DNA of 64,000 bases from an uncultured Thermoplasmata archaeon (GTDB taxonomy: Archaea; Thermoplasmatota; DTKX01; GCA-020343715). Position numbers and translations under genes: made by a program. Under the pieces are notes generated by a model. That model worked only from the letters and a program-made list of their open reading frames with translations. It had not been told where the DNA came from and ran no database searches. The DNA lies in the NCBI GenBank assembly GCA_964353355.1, contig CAYGVT010000032.1, positions 161-64,160 on the forward strand, given 5' to 3'. Positions 47,859 through 58,015 of the stretch are shown one piece after another. How positions within the stretch are numbered: position 1 is the stretch's first letter; the number at the start of each line of letters is the position of its first letter.

Positions 47859-50333
47859 ATGCGACGATCGATGCCAGCCGCAAGGGCAGCAGCCATCCTA
47901 CTGCTCGTCATGCTCGCCTCCTCGCTCGCGCCCGCGGTCGTGCCCTCGCCCATCGGGGAGAACGACCCCTACGTCATCGACCAGGTGCTCCACAGCATCA
48001 TGCTCTCCACCCCGCGCGACCGCGCGCTCGACGTCATCGTGCAGTTCCGCGACCCTGTCGTGGCCGCGGACAGGCTGGTGCTCAGGGACGAGGACATCGA
48101 GGTCGTATACGAGTTCCACATCGTGAACGGGGTCTGGGCGAGGGCGACACCGGCACAGCTCGATCGGCTCTCCGGCTACCCCCGGACGCTCTGGATGGAG
48201 TACAACGAGCCCCTTGACTACTGCATGGACGAGACGACGACCGTCATCAACGCAACGAAGGCATGGTACTCCCGCATCGAGGGCAGCCTCTGGGGAGCGA
48301 CCGGCGCCATCAACGGCAAGGGCGTGACCGCTGTCGTGCTCGACACGGGCATCGACGCGGGCCACCCCGACCTGGACTACAAGCGCAAGGTCATAATGAA
48401 CCTCAAGTCCGACACAGGCGTGGGGCCCTGGATCGAGGTCGAGAACGGCGACACGAGCTCCGGCCACGGCACGCACTGCGCGGGCACGGTCGCTGGCAAC
48501 GGGGACGCGTCCAACGGGGCGCGCGCGGGCGTCGCCCCGGGCGCCAACCTCATCGGCCTGTCCACCGGCGAGGCCGGTGCCATCATCAACGCGCTCGGCG
48601 GTCTCGAGTGGGTCTACGACCACAGCAGGCCCGGCAACAACCCCAACAACATCCGCGTCGTGAGCAACAGCTGGGGGGCCGGCGGCGGCCAGTACAGCCC
48701 CACGGATTCAATCTCCGCCGCCATCAACCGCGTCGTCTACGAGAACAACGTGGCCGTCGTGTTCGCGGCGGGCAACTCCGCGGGCACCGGCGACGACATA
48801 CAGTCCTCCAACTACGGCAACACCCCCGCGGCCATCTGCGTAGCGGCCTCCGGCCGCGACGGCAGGTACATCACGGACTTCTCCAGCAAGGGCCAGTGGA
48901 ACTGGCTCGACACCTGGCCCGACATCGCCGCGCCCGGCCACCATATAGAATCGACGGCCGCGCGCAGGACGCAGATCAGCATCATGACCCGCGACCCCGC
49001 CGCCAACCCCTACTACCTGGCAATCTCCGGCACGAGCATGGCCACGCCCCACATCTCGGGCCTGGTCGCGCTGCTCTGGCAGGCCTGCCCCTCGATGCGC
49101 GTGTCAGATGTAAGGCAGGACGCGGGCGTCGTCGAGAACGCGGACGGTACCTACCGCGTCGTCGAGCCTGAGGGCGACACCTACGGGGCGCTCGCCTACC
49201 CACTGAGCGCCTGGTACAACGAATCGCTCGACACGCGCATCCACGAGAGCGAGCTCATCCTCAAGCTCACGGCGGACATGATAGGCGCGAGGGGCCAAGC
49301 CGTGGACGGAATGAACGGGCAGACCGAGACCAACGTCACGGACTGGAACCTCCCCGGCGACGCGGCGGGCCGCCCTCATGACTACTGCCAGGGCTACGGG
49401 CTCGTCAATGCCGCCCGGGCCGTCGGCCTCGCGCTCACGCTCGAGCGCATCCGATGGGACTATCCCGAGGCCACGGTCCTCGACGCCTACTCCGTCTACA
49501 ACGGCATCTTCGACCGCGCGGAGTACTCGATGCCCACCGACAAGGTCGAGACGAGCTGGGGCGGCGAGTGGACCAGGTTCAACAACCAGCCCGCGTTCAA
49601 CCAGAACCTCACCAAGCTCGTCTACGTCCCCAAGGGTGCGGACACGATGACCGTGACGATGAGCTACTCGCCGGTCAACACTCTCGACCGTACGCTCGCC
49701 TCGCTCTGGTTCAGGGTCGACACCAACGGCGATGGCTCCTGGGACTTCACCTCAGGCACCACGCCCAGCCTCACGGGCGTGCGCGAGGAGACCATTTCGG
49801 TGTCCGAGGGCCAGGGAGGCTACTGGATGTTCGGCGTGGGGGGCAACGTGGTCAAGCTCCCCGGCAAGGCGGGCTACAGCCAGTACAAGGAGGCCCGGGT
49901 CGAGTACGAGATGGCGGCGTCCATCCACTTCCCGTCCGCGTCGGGCGCGATCATCATCGAGGAAAGGGACCTGCACGCCATCAACGGGCACCTGCGATTC
50001 TCCGAGCCCTCCGCCGAGTATGCGGGCGGGAACGTGACCATCACGATGGACGTCTACAACCTGAACAACGTCTCGTGGTCGCCGAACCCGCCAGTGCCCC
50101 CCCTGCCGGAGCTGGCAGGCTTCCCGTGGCTGCTCCTCCTGGGCGTGCTCATCGCGCTCCTCATTTTGGCGCTCGTCGTCGCGAGGACCATGCCAGAGAG
50201 CCGGGCGGGTCGCATCGTGCGCAAGGTCATCGCGGCCGTGGGCGTGGCGGCCATCGCGGCCGCCTTGCTGAGGTCCGTCAAGCGTGTCAAGCTGCCCAGG
50301 CGCAAGGGCTCCGGCACCAACGGCTCCTCGTAG
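47859..50333 (+). CDS. Membrane-anchored S8 subtilisin-like serine protease (paralog A)
   Basis: VLDTGID, HGTHCAG, AAGN, ISGTSMATPH; signal peptide, propeptide, C-terminal TM. Confidence 0.94.
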   Translation: MRRSMPAARAAAILLLVMLASSLAPAVVPSPIGENDPYVIDQVLHSIMLSTPRDRALDVIVQFRDPVVAADRLVLRDEDIEVVYEFHIVNGVWARATPAQLDRLSGYPRTLWMEYNEPLDYCMDETTTVINATKAWYSRIEGSLWGATGAINGKGVTAVVLDTGIDAGHPDLDYKRKVIMNLKSDTGVGPWIEVENGDTSSGHGTHCAGTVAGNGDASNGARAGVAPGANLIGLSTGEAGAIINALGGLEWVYDHSRPGNNPNNIRVVSNSWGAGGGQYSPTDSISAAINRVVYENNVAVVFAAGNSAGTGDDIQSSNYGNTPAAICVAASGRDGRYITDFSSKGQWNWLDTWPDIAAPGHHIESTAARRTQISIMTRDPAANPYYLAISGTSMATPHISGLVALLWQACPSMRVSDVRQDAGVVENADGTYRVVEPEGDTYGALAYPLSAWYNESLDTRIHESELILKLTADMIGARGQAVDGMNGQTETNVTDWNLPGDAAGRPHDYCQGYGLVNAARAVGLALTLERIRWDYPEATVLDAYSVYNGIFDRAEYSMPTDKVETSWGGEWTRFNNQPAFNQNLTKLVYVPKGADTMTVTMSYSPVNTLDRTLASLWFRVDTNGDGSWDFTSGTTPSLTGVREETISVSEGQGGYWMFGVGGNVVKLPGKAGYSQYKEARVEYEMAASIHFPSASGAIIIEERDLHAINGHLRFSEPSAEYAGGNVTITMDVYNLNNVSWSPNPPVPPLPELAGFPWLLLLGVLIALLILALVVARTMPESRAGRIVRKVIAAVGVAAIAAALLRSVKRVKLPRRKGSGTNGSS

Positions 50334-50459
50334 ATGGTCCAACGACCGGATGGGGCGTCTCCCGCCAAACTAATGCACAATGTTCATATAGTCTCCAGTC
50401 GTCCCATCGTATAGCCAGGCCCCTTGACGTCCCGGGTCACGGCCTTGTCTGGTGGTCCC

Positions 50460-52937
50460 ATGTCTGGTCGGAAGGCACGCGCGGCCTATGCCGCTGCAAT
50501 CCTGTCTTTGATGCTCCTCTCCTCGCTGCAGTCCGCCGCAAGGCCCTCGCCAATCGAGGAGCCCCAGTGGGGCGTCCTCGACCCCCAGCTGCAGGACCTG
50601 TTGGGCCACGCCGCCACCGACGAGCGCCTCGACTGCATCGTGCAGTTCCGCGGCCTCGTCGAGCGCGTCGACCGTGAGGTCCTGGCCGACGAGGGGTTGC
50701 AGCTCGTGCACGAGTTCCACATCGTCCCGGCCGTGTGGGTGAGGGCGACCGTGGCCCAGCTCGAGCGTCTGGCGGGCTATGCCAGGACCGCGTGGGTCGA
50801 GCACAACGACAGGCTCTACTACGACATGAACGGGACGACGACGGTCATCAACGCGACGCGCTCCTGGAACGCGATGGTCCAGGGAAGCCTCTGGGGCCAG
50901 ATGGGCATCGACGGCAAGGGCGTGACCGTGGTCGTCCTCGACTCGGGCATCGATGCTGGCCACCCCGACTTCGACTACGGCACCAAGACCATCCACAACC
51001 TCAAGTCCGACACGGGCACGGGCCCGTGGGTGGAGGTCGAGAACGGCGACACGAGCTCCGGCCACGGCACGCACGTCGCTGGCACGGTCGCGGGCAACGG
51101 GGACGCGTCAGCGGGGGCCTATGCGGGCGTCGCCCCGGGCGCGAACCTCATCGGGCTGAGCGCGGGAGAGCTGCTCTTCATCACGGGCGGCCTCGGTGGC
51201 CTCGAGTGGGTCTACGACCACAGCCGCCCGGGTAACAACCCCTACAACATCCGCGTCGTGAGCAACAGCTGGGGCGGTGGCGGTGGCCAGTACAACCCGC
51301 AGGACTCCATCTCGCAGGCCATAAACCGACTCGTGTACGAGAACAACGTCCTCGTCAACTTCGCCGCGGGCAACTCCGGCGGCACGGGCGACGACATCCA
51401 GGCCTCGAACTACGGCAACACGCCCGCGGCCATCTGCGTCGCTGCGGCCGACCACGAGGGCACCGGCATCACCGACTTCTCGAGCAAGGGGCAATGGGAC
51501 TGGGTGGACACTTGGCCCGACGTCGCCGCTCCAGGCCTCAACATCATATCGACGGCCGCGCGCCGCACGCTCATCAGCACCATGGCGAAGAACCCCAACG
51601 CCAACCCCTACTACCTCGGAATCTCCGGCACGAGCATGGCGACCCCCCACATCTCGGGCGTCGCGGCCCTGCTGTGGCAGGCCGCGCCGCATCTGCGCGT
51701 GTCCGAGGTGCGGCAGGACGCGGGCGTCGTGACCAACGAGGGCGGGAGCTATGTCGTGGGCCCGCCCGCGGAGGAGGGCTACGGCAGCCTCGCCTACGGC
51801 TACCAGGAGTGGACGGGCGAGGCGCTCGACACCCGCATCCACGAAATCGAGCTCATCCTGAAGCTCACCGCGACGATGTTGGGCCCCGAGGGCGAGCCCC
51901 AGGACACGCTGAACGGCCAGACCGCGAACTACATCCCCGACTGGAACGTACCAGGCTTCGCCGACGGCCGCGCCCACGACTTCTCGCAGGGCTACGGGCT
52001 CGTGAACGTGTACAGGGCGGTGGGGCTCGCGCTCGCGCTCGAGAAGCTGCGGACCACGGGCCACCCCGAGGCCACGGTCATGGACGCTTACCGCGTGTTC
52101 GAGCCGATGTTCGCGAACAGGACCGTCTCGTGGCCGACGGACATGCTCTCCACCTCATGGGGCGGCGAGTGGACGCGGTTCAACGAGCAGGGCGGCAGAA
52201 CGGTGTTCACGACGAACCAGACGAAGTACGTCTACGTCCCGGAGGGCGCCTCGAGCATGTCGGTCGCGCTCTCCTACCCCTCGGTCGACCTGACCGAGTT
52301 GACGTTCGCATCGCTGGGCTTCCTCATCGACTGGGACGACGACGGCACGTGGGACTACACGGGCTCGATGGCCCCGTCCCTGTCCGGCGTCAAGGTCGAG
52401 GACGTGCCCCTCTCCGGCGACCTGGGCCGGTACGTCAAGTTCGGGCTGCAGGGCCGCGGCTTCCGGGTCCAGCGCGTCATCGAGACCAAGCAGTACCAGG
52501 AGGCCCGCGTGGAGTACACCATGTCCGTGGCCATCGGCTTCCCGTCGGACGCGGGCAGCATCGTGGTGGGCGCGCAGGACCTCCACGCCATCGTCGGCCA
52601 CCTGCGCCTCTCCGAGCCATCCCCCTCCTACGCGAGGGGCAACATGTCGGTCGAGTACGACGTCTACGACCTCGACCTGGTCCAATGGAACCCGGTGCCG
52701 CCCCCCGAGGAGCCACCGGTGGAGCAGGGCGGTTGGCTGCTGTGGGCCGCGCTCCTGATCGTGCTGCTCATAGGCGGCGCCCTCGCAATGGCCCGACTGC
52801 GACCGCAGGGGGCCATCGGTCGGTCGACGAACAGGATGCTGAGGGCCATGCCCGTCGGCCCCGCCGTGGGCGTCGTGCGGCGCGTCTCGGCGAGCGCACG
52901 GTCCGTCGTGACCAGACGGAAACGGCCTGCCTCCTGA
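50460..52937 (+). CDS. Membrane-anchored S8 subtilisin-like serine protease (paralog B)
   Basis: VLDSGID, HGTHVAG, AAGN, ISGTSMATPH; collinear with paralog A over its full length. Confidence 0.94.
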   Translation: MSGRKARAAYAAAILSLMLLSSLQSAARPSPIEEPQWGVLDPQLQDLLGHAATDERLDCIVQFRGLVERVDREVLADEGLQLVHEFHIVPAVWVRATVAQLERLAGYARTAWVEHNDRLYYDMNGTTTVINATRSWNAMVQGSLWGQMGIDGKGVTVVVLDSGIDAGHPDFDYGTKTIHNLKSDTGTGPWVEVENGDTSSGHGTHVAGTVAGNGDASAGAYAGVAPGANLIGLSAGELLFITGGLGGLEWVYDHSRPGNNPYNIRVVSNSWGGGGGQYNPQDSISQAINRLVYENNVLVNFAAGNSGGTGDDIQASNYGNTPAAICVAAADHEGTGITDFSSKGQWDWVDTWPDVAAPGLNIISTAARRTLISTMAKNPNANPYYLGISGTSMATPHISGVAALLWQAAPHLRVSEVRQDAGVVTNEGGSYVVGPPAEEGYGSLAYGYQEWTGEALDTRIHEIELILKLTATMLGPEGEPQDTLNGQTANYIPDWNVPGFADGRAHDFSQGYGLVNVYRAVGLALALEKLRTTGHPEATVMDAYRVFEPMFANRTVSWPTDMLSTSWGGEWTRFNEQGGRTVFTTNQTKYVYVPEGASSMSVALSYPSVDLTELTFASLGFLIDWDDDGTWDYTGSMAPSLSGVKVEDVPLSGDLGRYVKFGLQGRGFRVQRVIETKQYQEARVEYTMSVAIGFPSDAGSIVVGAQDLHAIVGHLRLSEPSPSYARGNMSVEYDVYDLDLVQWNPVPPPEEPPVEQGGWLLWAALLIVLLIGGALAMARLRPQGAIGRSTNRMLRAMPVGPAVGVVRRVSASARSVVTRRKRPAS

Positions 52938-53027
52938 GGAGCATCGCTGGCTCATCGGGCCTCCACGCGAACGTGCCACCGGTCGCCAGGTCGGTCGCCT
53001 CTGCCGACCAACGGGGGGTCAGTGCTC

Positions 53028-54788
53028 TCAGAGCTGCTTGAGCCCCGACTCGGCGCGATCGTTGCCAGGGTCGAGCTTGAGCGCCTCCTCATAGTGCCTG
53101 CGCGCGTCATCGCGCTTGCCCTGCTCGCGGAGGATGTCGCCCGTGTAGATGTGGGCGTCGAAGTTGCTGGGGTCGAGCTCCAGCGCCTTCTTGAAGTGGG
53201 TGATGGCCGAGATCTTCTTGTCGAGGAACGCGAGCGTCACGGCCTTGTCGAAGTAAGCGAGCGGGAAGTCTGGGGCGAGCGCGATGGCCCTGTCGTAGTG
53301 CTTGATGGCGTCCTCGTGCTGGCCCTGGTAGTCCCTCGCGAGCCCCAGGTTGTGCCACGCGGACGCGTTGGATTCGTCGAGCTCGCACGCGCGGTGGAGG
53401 ACGGATTCGGCCTCCGGGTAACGCTCCATCGATATGAGGCAGATGCCCTTGTTGAGCCATGCGTCCACGCGGGCCGCGTCGAGCTGGATGGCGCGGTCGT
53501 ACGCATCGATCGCATCGGTCGTGCGGCCGAGCGATTCCAGGGCCGTTCCCTTCGCGCACCACGCGGGGTAGTAGTTCGACTTGAGCGATGTCGCGCGGTT
53601 GTAGCACTCGAGCGCGCCCTCGGTCTGCGAGAAGCTCTCGAGCAGCAGTCCCTTCTGGTACCATGCCTCGCCGTTCCTCGCGTTCCGCTTTATGGCCTCG
53701 TCCAAGGCCGCAATGGCCTCGTCGTAGCGACCGTAGGCGGCAAGGAGCAGCGCCTTGCCCACCCAGGCCTCGTCGTTGTTCCGGTCCTTGTTGAGCGCGA
53801 AGTCGAAGCACCGCAGCGAATCCTCGTGCTTGCCCATCGCGAGCAGCACGTACCCGTTCTCGATCCATGCGGGGGCGAAGTCCGGGTTGAGCGCGACCGC
53901 CTTGCTCAATGCGCGGTTGGCCTCCTTGTGACGGCTGGCCTCCTTGAGGGCCACGCCCAGGTAGAACCAGCCCTCGCCGCGCTTGGCATCGACCTCGGTG
54001 GCGCGGTTGAAGGCAAGGATGGCGCTGGCGATGTCGCCGCTGCCACGCGCCATGACACCTTGGTCGATGAGGCCCTCGAAGTCCTTGGCGAGGTCCTCTT
54101 GGCGCAGTGAGCCGGGGGCGGCCGCGGGCAGCTTCTTCGGGGCCTGGGACGCCGGCGGCGGGGGAGCGTGCCTGCGCTCCTCCTCCTCGGCGGAGCGCGA
54201 GGCCGCCTCGGCGTCCTCAGCGTCATCAACGTCCTCGAGGTCCGCGGGCGCGACGACGGTCACGACCGCCTCGGGCGCGTCATCGCCGTCATGTGGAATG
54301 AAAAGCACATCCTGCTGTACGAGCGATGCGGCGACCTTGGGCTCCTCCTTCATCCCTTCGAAGGGCTGCTCGATGAACGCGAACTCCGTCTCCTCGCCGA
54401 ACGGGGGCCTCACCTCGAACGCGACTTCCTCATGCTCCTCCTCCCCCTGCTCGGCCTCACCCGGTCTCATCGACGGTGGTGGCGGGGGCGGCGGTGGTGG
54501 CAGCGGTGGTGGCGGCGGCGAGGGCGGCGGTGGAGGGGGCAGGGCCCTCTTCCCCTTCTGCTGGGCCGGAGGGGCGGGAGGCGGCACGGGCTCCTTGGGC
54601 GCCTTCTTCGGGGATGGCGGTGGGGGTGGTGGCGGAAGCGTCGGCGTGGGTGGTGGTGGGGGCGACGGCCGGGATGGGGTCTGTGCGTCGAGGTGGCTCT
54701 GTAGCGCCTCAGGCACCTGGTGACCGCAGAAGAAGCAGAACCTCATCGGGGGGTGAAGCTCCTTCCCACAGTTGGGGCAGAAGGGCAT
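53028..54788 (-). CDS. Zn-ribbon / polyproline / TPR-repeat protein
   Basis: N-terminal CPNC..CFFC; long PPPP tracts; acidic linker; about 10 TPRs (AW..KG..L...GRY.EA..AYDRAI.LD). Confidence 0.9.
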   Translation of the reverse strand: MPFCPNCGKELHPPMRFCFFCGHQVPEALQSHLDAQTPSRPSPPPPPTPTLPPPPPPPSPKKAPKEPVPPPAPPAQQKGKRALPPPPPPSPPPPPLPPPPPPPPPSMRPGEAEQGEEEHEEVAFEVRPPFGEETEFAFIEQPFEGMKEEPKVAASLVQQDVLFIPHDGDDAPEAVVTVVAPADLEDVDDAEDAEAASRSAEEEERRHAPPPPASQAPKKLPAAAPGSLRQEDLAKDFEGLIDQGVMARGSGDIASAILAFNRATEVDAKRGEGWFYLGVALKEASRHKEANRALSKAVALNPDFAPAWIENGYVLLAMGKHEDSLRCFDFALNKDRNNDEAWVGKALLLAAYGRYDEAIAALDEAIKRNARNGEAWYQKGLLLESFSQTEGALECYNRATSLKSNYYPAWCAKGTALESLGRTTDAIDAYDRAIQLDAARVDAWLNKGICLISMERYPEAESVLHRACELDESNASAWHNLGLARDYQGQHEDAIKHYDRAIALAPDFPLAYFDKAVTLAFLDKKISAITHFKKALELDPSNFDAHIYTGDILREQGKRDDARRHYEEALKLDPGNDRAESGLKQL

Positions 54789-54862
54789 GAGAGCACCATC
54801 TTTTAAATGCCAGTAGGCGTTAATTAACCTGTTGCTCGGTTCTCAGACCTGGGAAGCACGCG

Positions 54863-55510
54863 TCAGGGCTTCCTCACCTTGGCCCAGTCGTCCAGGAAGG
54901 CCGCGATGCCCTTGTCCGTCAGCGGATGGGCGACCATCTGCTTGAACACGCTGTAGGGGATGGTCGCGATGTGCGCGCCCGCGAGCGCCGCCTGGACGAC
55001 GTGCCCGGGGTTGCGCACGGAGGCCACGATGACCTCCGTCGCGATGTCGTAGTTCCCGTACATGTCGACGATGAGCCCCACCAGCTCCATGCCGTCGTGC
55101 GAGATGTCGTCCAGCCTGCCGACGAAGGGGCTCACGTAAGTCGCCCCCGCCTTCGCGGCCAGCAGCGCCTGCGTGGGGGAGAACACGAGGGTGACGTTGG
55201 TCTTGATGCCCTCCGTGCGGCAGGCGTGCGTGGCCTTCAGGCCCTCGGCCGTCATGGGGATCTTGACGACGACGTTGGGATGCCATTTCGAGAGCTCACG
55301 CGCCTCCTTGAGCATCCCCTCCGCCCTCTCCGACGTCGCCTCCGCGCTGATGGGCCCGTCCACGATGTCGCATATCTCATCGATGACGGTCCTGAAGTCC
55401 CGGCCCTCCTTCGCTATGAGGGTGGGGTTGGTCGTGACCCCCGAGAGGACCCCCCAGCTCGCGACCTCCCTGATGTGGTCGACGTTCGCGGTGTCGATGA
55501 ACAGCTTCAT
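54863..55510 (-). CDS. tal: Transaldolase (TalC/FSA family)
   Basis: [43 protein letters not shown]. Confidence 0.92.
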   Translation of the reverse strand: MKLFIDTANVDHIREVASWGVLSGVTTNPTLIAKEGRDFRTVIDEICDIVDGPISAEATSERAEGMLKEARELSKWHPNVVVKIPMTAEGLKATHACRTEGIKTNVTLVFSPTQALLAAKAGATYVSPFVGRLDDISHDGMELVGLIVDMYGNYDIATEVIVASVRNPGHVVQAALAGAHIATIPYSVFKQMVAHPLTDKGIAAFLDDWAKVRKP

Positions 55511-55565
55511 CCCATGGCCTCCTCTCGTCTGGCTCAATCCTGCGCTTGGACCGCGCGCCCTGTCG

Positions 55566-56519
55566 TCAGTCCCGCTCCTTCATCACGTCGTGCGCCGTCC
55601 TCGCGAGGTTCTCGGGCGTGAGCCCGTAGGCGCGCATCATCTCCTCGACCTCGCCGGACTGCCCGAAGACGTCCTTGATGCCGACCCGCCTCACCGGCGC
55701 GCGATACTCCTCCGCCACGACCTCGCAGACCGCGCTGCCGAGGCCCCCGATGATGCTGTGCTCCTCGGCTGTGACGATTGCCCCCGTTTCCTTCGCCGCC
55801 TTGACGATGGCGTCCTGGTCGATGGGCTTGACGGTGGACATGTCGATGACGCGGGCCGAGACGCCCTCGGCGGCGAGGACCTCGCGCGCCTTGAGCGCCT
55901 CCCCGACCATGATCCCGATTGCGATGATGGCCACGTCCGAGCCGTCAGCCAGCGTCAGGGAGCGCCCCATGTGCCAGGGCGTGCCCTCGTCGAGGATGTC
56001 AGGTATATCCGAGCGGCCCATGCGCATGTAAAACGGGCCCGGGATGTTCAAGATGGCCTCGGTGATGGACCGCGTCTCGACGCCGTCGCACGGCACTACG
56101 ACGCGCATGTTGGGGAGCGATCGCATGAGCGCGATGTCCTCCACGGACTGGTGCGATGCGCCATCGCCACCGACGGTGATGCCGGCATGGCTGGCGACGA
56201 TCTTGACGTTGAGGTTGGGGTACGCGATGGACTGCCGGACCTGGTCGAAGGCGCGGCCGGTGGCGAACACCGCGAACGTGGAGGCGACCACGACCTTGCC
56301 CGTCGTCGCGAGCCCGGCCGCCACGCACATCATGTTGGCCTCGGCGATGCCCATGTTGAAGAACCTCGCGCTGCACTCGGGGACCGCGGCGAACGTGGAG
56401 GTCTTCGTGGACGAGGAGAGGTCCGCGTTGAGCACCACGATGTGCTGGTTCTTGCCACCGCACTCGGCGAGCGTCGCGCCGAAGACCTCGCGCTGCTTGC
56501 GCATGGTCCCCTTCGGCAT
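55566..56519 (-). CDS. Transketolase C-terminal subunit
   Basis: [45 protein letters not shown]; start overlaps the upstream stop (TGATG). Confidence 0.95.
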   Translation of the reverse strand: MPKGTMRKQREVFGATLAECGGKNQHIVVLNADLSSSTKTSTFAAVPECSARFFNMGIAEANMMCVAAGLATTGKVVVASTFAVFATGRAFDQVRQSIAYPNLNVKIVASHAGITVGGDGASHQSVEDIALMRSLPNMRVVVPCDGVETRSITEAILNIPGPFYMRMGRSDIPDILDEGTPWHMGRSLTLADGSDVAIIAIGIMVGEALKAREVLAAEGVSARVIDMSTVKPIDQDAIVKAAKETGAIVTAEEHSIIGGLGSAVCEVVAEEYRAPVRRVGIKDVFGQSGEVEEMMRAYGLTPENLARTAHDVMKERD

Positions 56520-57328
56520 CAGCTCGCCCCCTCGAGCTCCTCGAGCGCTCGCTCGAGCTCCTTTGGGTTCAGCGGTTGCCCGTGGTACTTGACCTGGTTC
56601 TCCATGAAGCTCACGCCCTTGCCCTTGACCGTCTGCGCCACCAGCATGCGCGGGGTGCCCGGCTCGGGGGATTTGTGCAGCGCCTTGATTAGCTGGTCGT
56701 AGTCGTGGCCGTCGACCACCCGCGCGTCCCAGCCGAAGGCCTTCCACCGCGCCCGCTGGTTGGGCACCGACATGACCCGCTCGGTCGGGCCGTCGATCTG
56801 CAGCCTGTTCTCGTCCAGGATGGCGGTGAGGTTGTCGAGCTTGTTGTGGGCCGCGGCCATCGCGGCCTCCCACACTTGGCCCTCCTGGCTCTCCCCGTCA
56901 CCGATCAGGGCGTACACATGGTAGTCCAGGCCGTCCAGCTTGGCCCCGAGCGCCATGCCCACCGCGACCGAGAGGCCCTGCCCGAGCGAGCCCGTCGACA
57001 TCTCGATGCCGGGCAGGCGCTTCATATCGGGGTGGCCCTGCAGGGGCGAGCCCAGCTTCCTCAGCGACATCAGCAGGTCCTTCGAGAAGTAGCCGGCCTC
57101 CGCGAGCAAGCAGTAGAGCGCCGGGGCCGCATGGCCCTTGGAGAGCACGAACCGGTCGCGCTGAGGCCATGTGGGGTTGCCGGGGTCGTGGCGCATCACG
57201 TTGAAGTAAAGGACCGTGAGGATGTCGGTCGCCGACATCGAGCCGCCTGGATGGCCCGAGCCCGCCGCCGTCGTCATGAGGAGGATGTTCCTGCGGACCT
57301 CTCGGGCGATGTCCTCGAGCCTGCTCAT
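56519..57328 (-). CDS. Transketolase N-terminal subunit
   Basis: SGHPGGS, DRFVLSKGHA, LQGHP, GSLGQG, ThDP motif GDGESQEG...N. Confidence 0.95.
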   Translation of the reverse strand: MSRLEDIAREVRRNILLMTTAAGSGHPGGSMSATDILTVLYFNVMRHDPGNPTWPQRDRFVLSKGHAAPALYCLLAEAGYFSKDLLMSLRKLGSPLQGHPDMKRLPGIEMSTGSLGQGLSVAVGMALGAKLDGLDYHVYALIGDGESQEGQVWEAAMAAAHNKLDNLTAILDENRLQIDGPTERVMSVPNQRARWKAFGWDARVVDGHDYDQLIKALHKSPEPGTPRMLVAQTVKGKGVSFMENQVKYHGQPLNPKELERALEELEGAS

Positions 57329-57486
57329 GTCCTCTATGTGCTTGAGCGTGCGTGCAGCCTCCCGGGGTCGAAGGGCCGCTCCCAGCCCGCGCGCGGCCGC
57401 CTCCGTCCCTAATCATGAGAGGGGCAATAAAGGGTTGCTATGGGCGGTCCGCCAGGGGGGGAAAAGCCTTATGGCGGCCCCCGCCA

Positions 57487-57921
57487 ATGCCCCGTCCGGA
57501 GGGACCAGGCCTGCGGCGCACGCTTGAGTCGCTGCTTGAGCTGCTCGACGTGGACCGGAGGGCGACGCTCGGCCTCGAGCGCCTCGATGTGGATTGGCCC
57601 GTGGTCCTGAGCGTTCCCCTGGACCCGGCGACCTATGACGCGCTCCGGTTCCTCTCGAGCCTCTACCCGGCGAGCCCGCGCGACATACTGCGCGCGTCCG
57701 TCCTGCGCGCGCTCGACCCCGGCTCCATGCCCCCGCCCCACCCTGCCGGTGCCGCACCGATGTCGGAGCGCACCGCCCGATTGGAGCTGGGGCTGGCGCG
57801 CGACGAGGCCGAGAGGCTTGGTGCGATGGCAGACGGGAAGGGCATCACCCCCGAGGAGATGGCGACATGGGCGCTCCACGACGCGCTCGGGCCCCTCCTG
57901 CACGCCCAAAGACCACGATGA
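57487..57921 (+). CDS. Hypothetical protein with two ribbon-helix-helix-like units
   Basis: 'VLSVPLDPATYDALRFL..SPRDILRASV' and 'RLELGLARDEAERLGAMADGKGITPEEMATWAL'; divergent from the tkt operon; 'gaaaagccttat' upstream. Confidence 0.55.
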   Translation: MPRPEGPGLRRTLESLLELLDVDRRATLGLERLDVDWPVVLSVPLDPATYDALRFLSSLYPASPRDILRASVLRALDPGSMPPPHPAGAAPMSERTARLELGLARDEAERLGAMADGKGITPEEMATWALHDALGPLLHAQRPR

Positions 57922-58015
57922 ACGCGGAGCCACCCCCGAGGTCCGTGCCATGCTCAGCCGTGCGGGCGGGGCGTTGCGGGGCGGGCCCACGGTGCCGGGA
58001 CGCCCCTCGGGCGGC

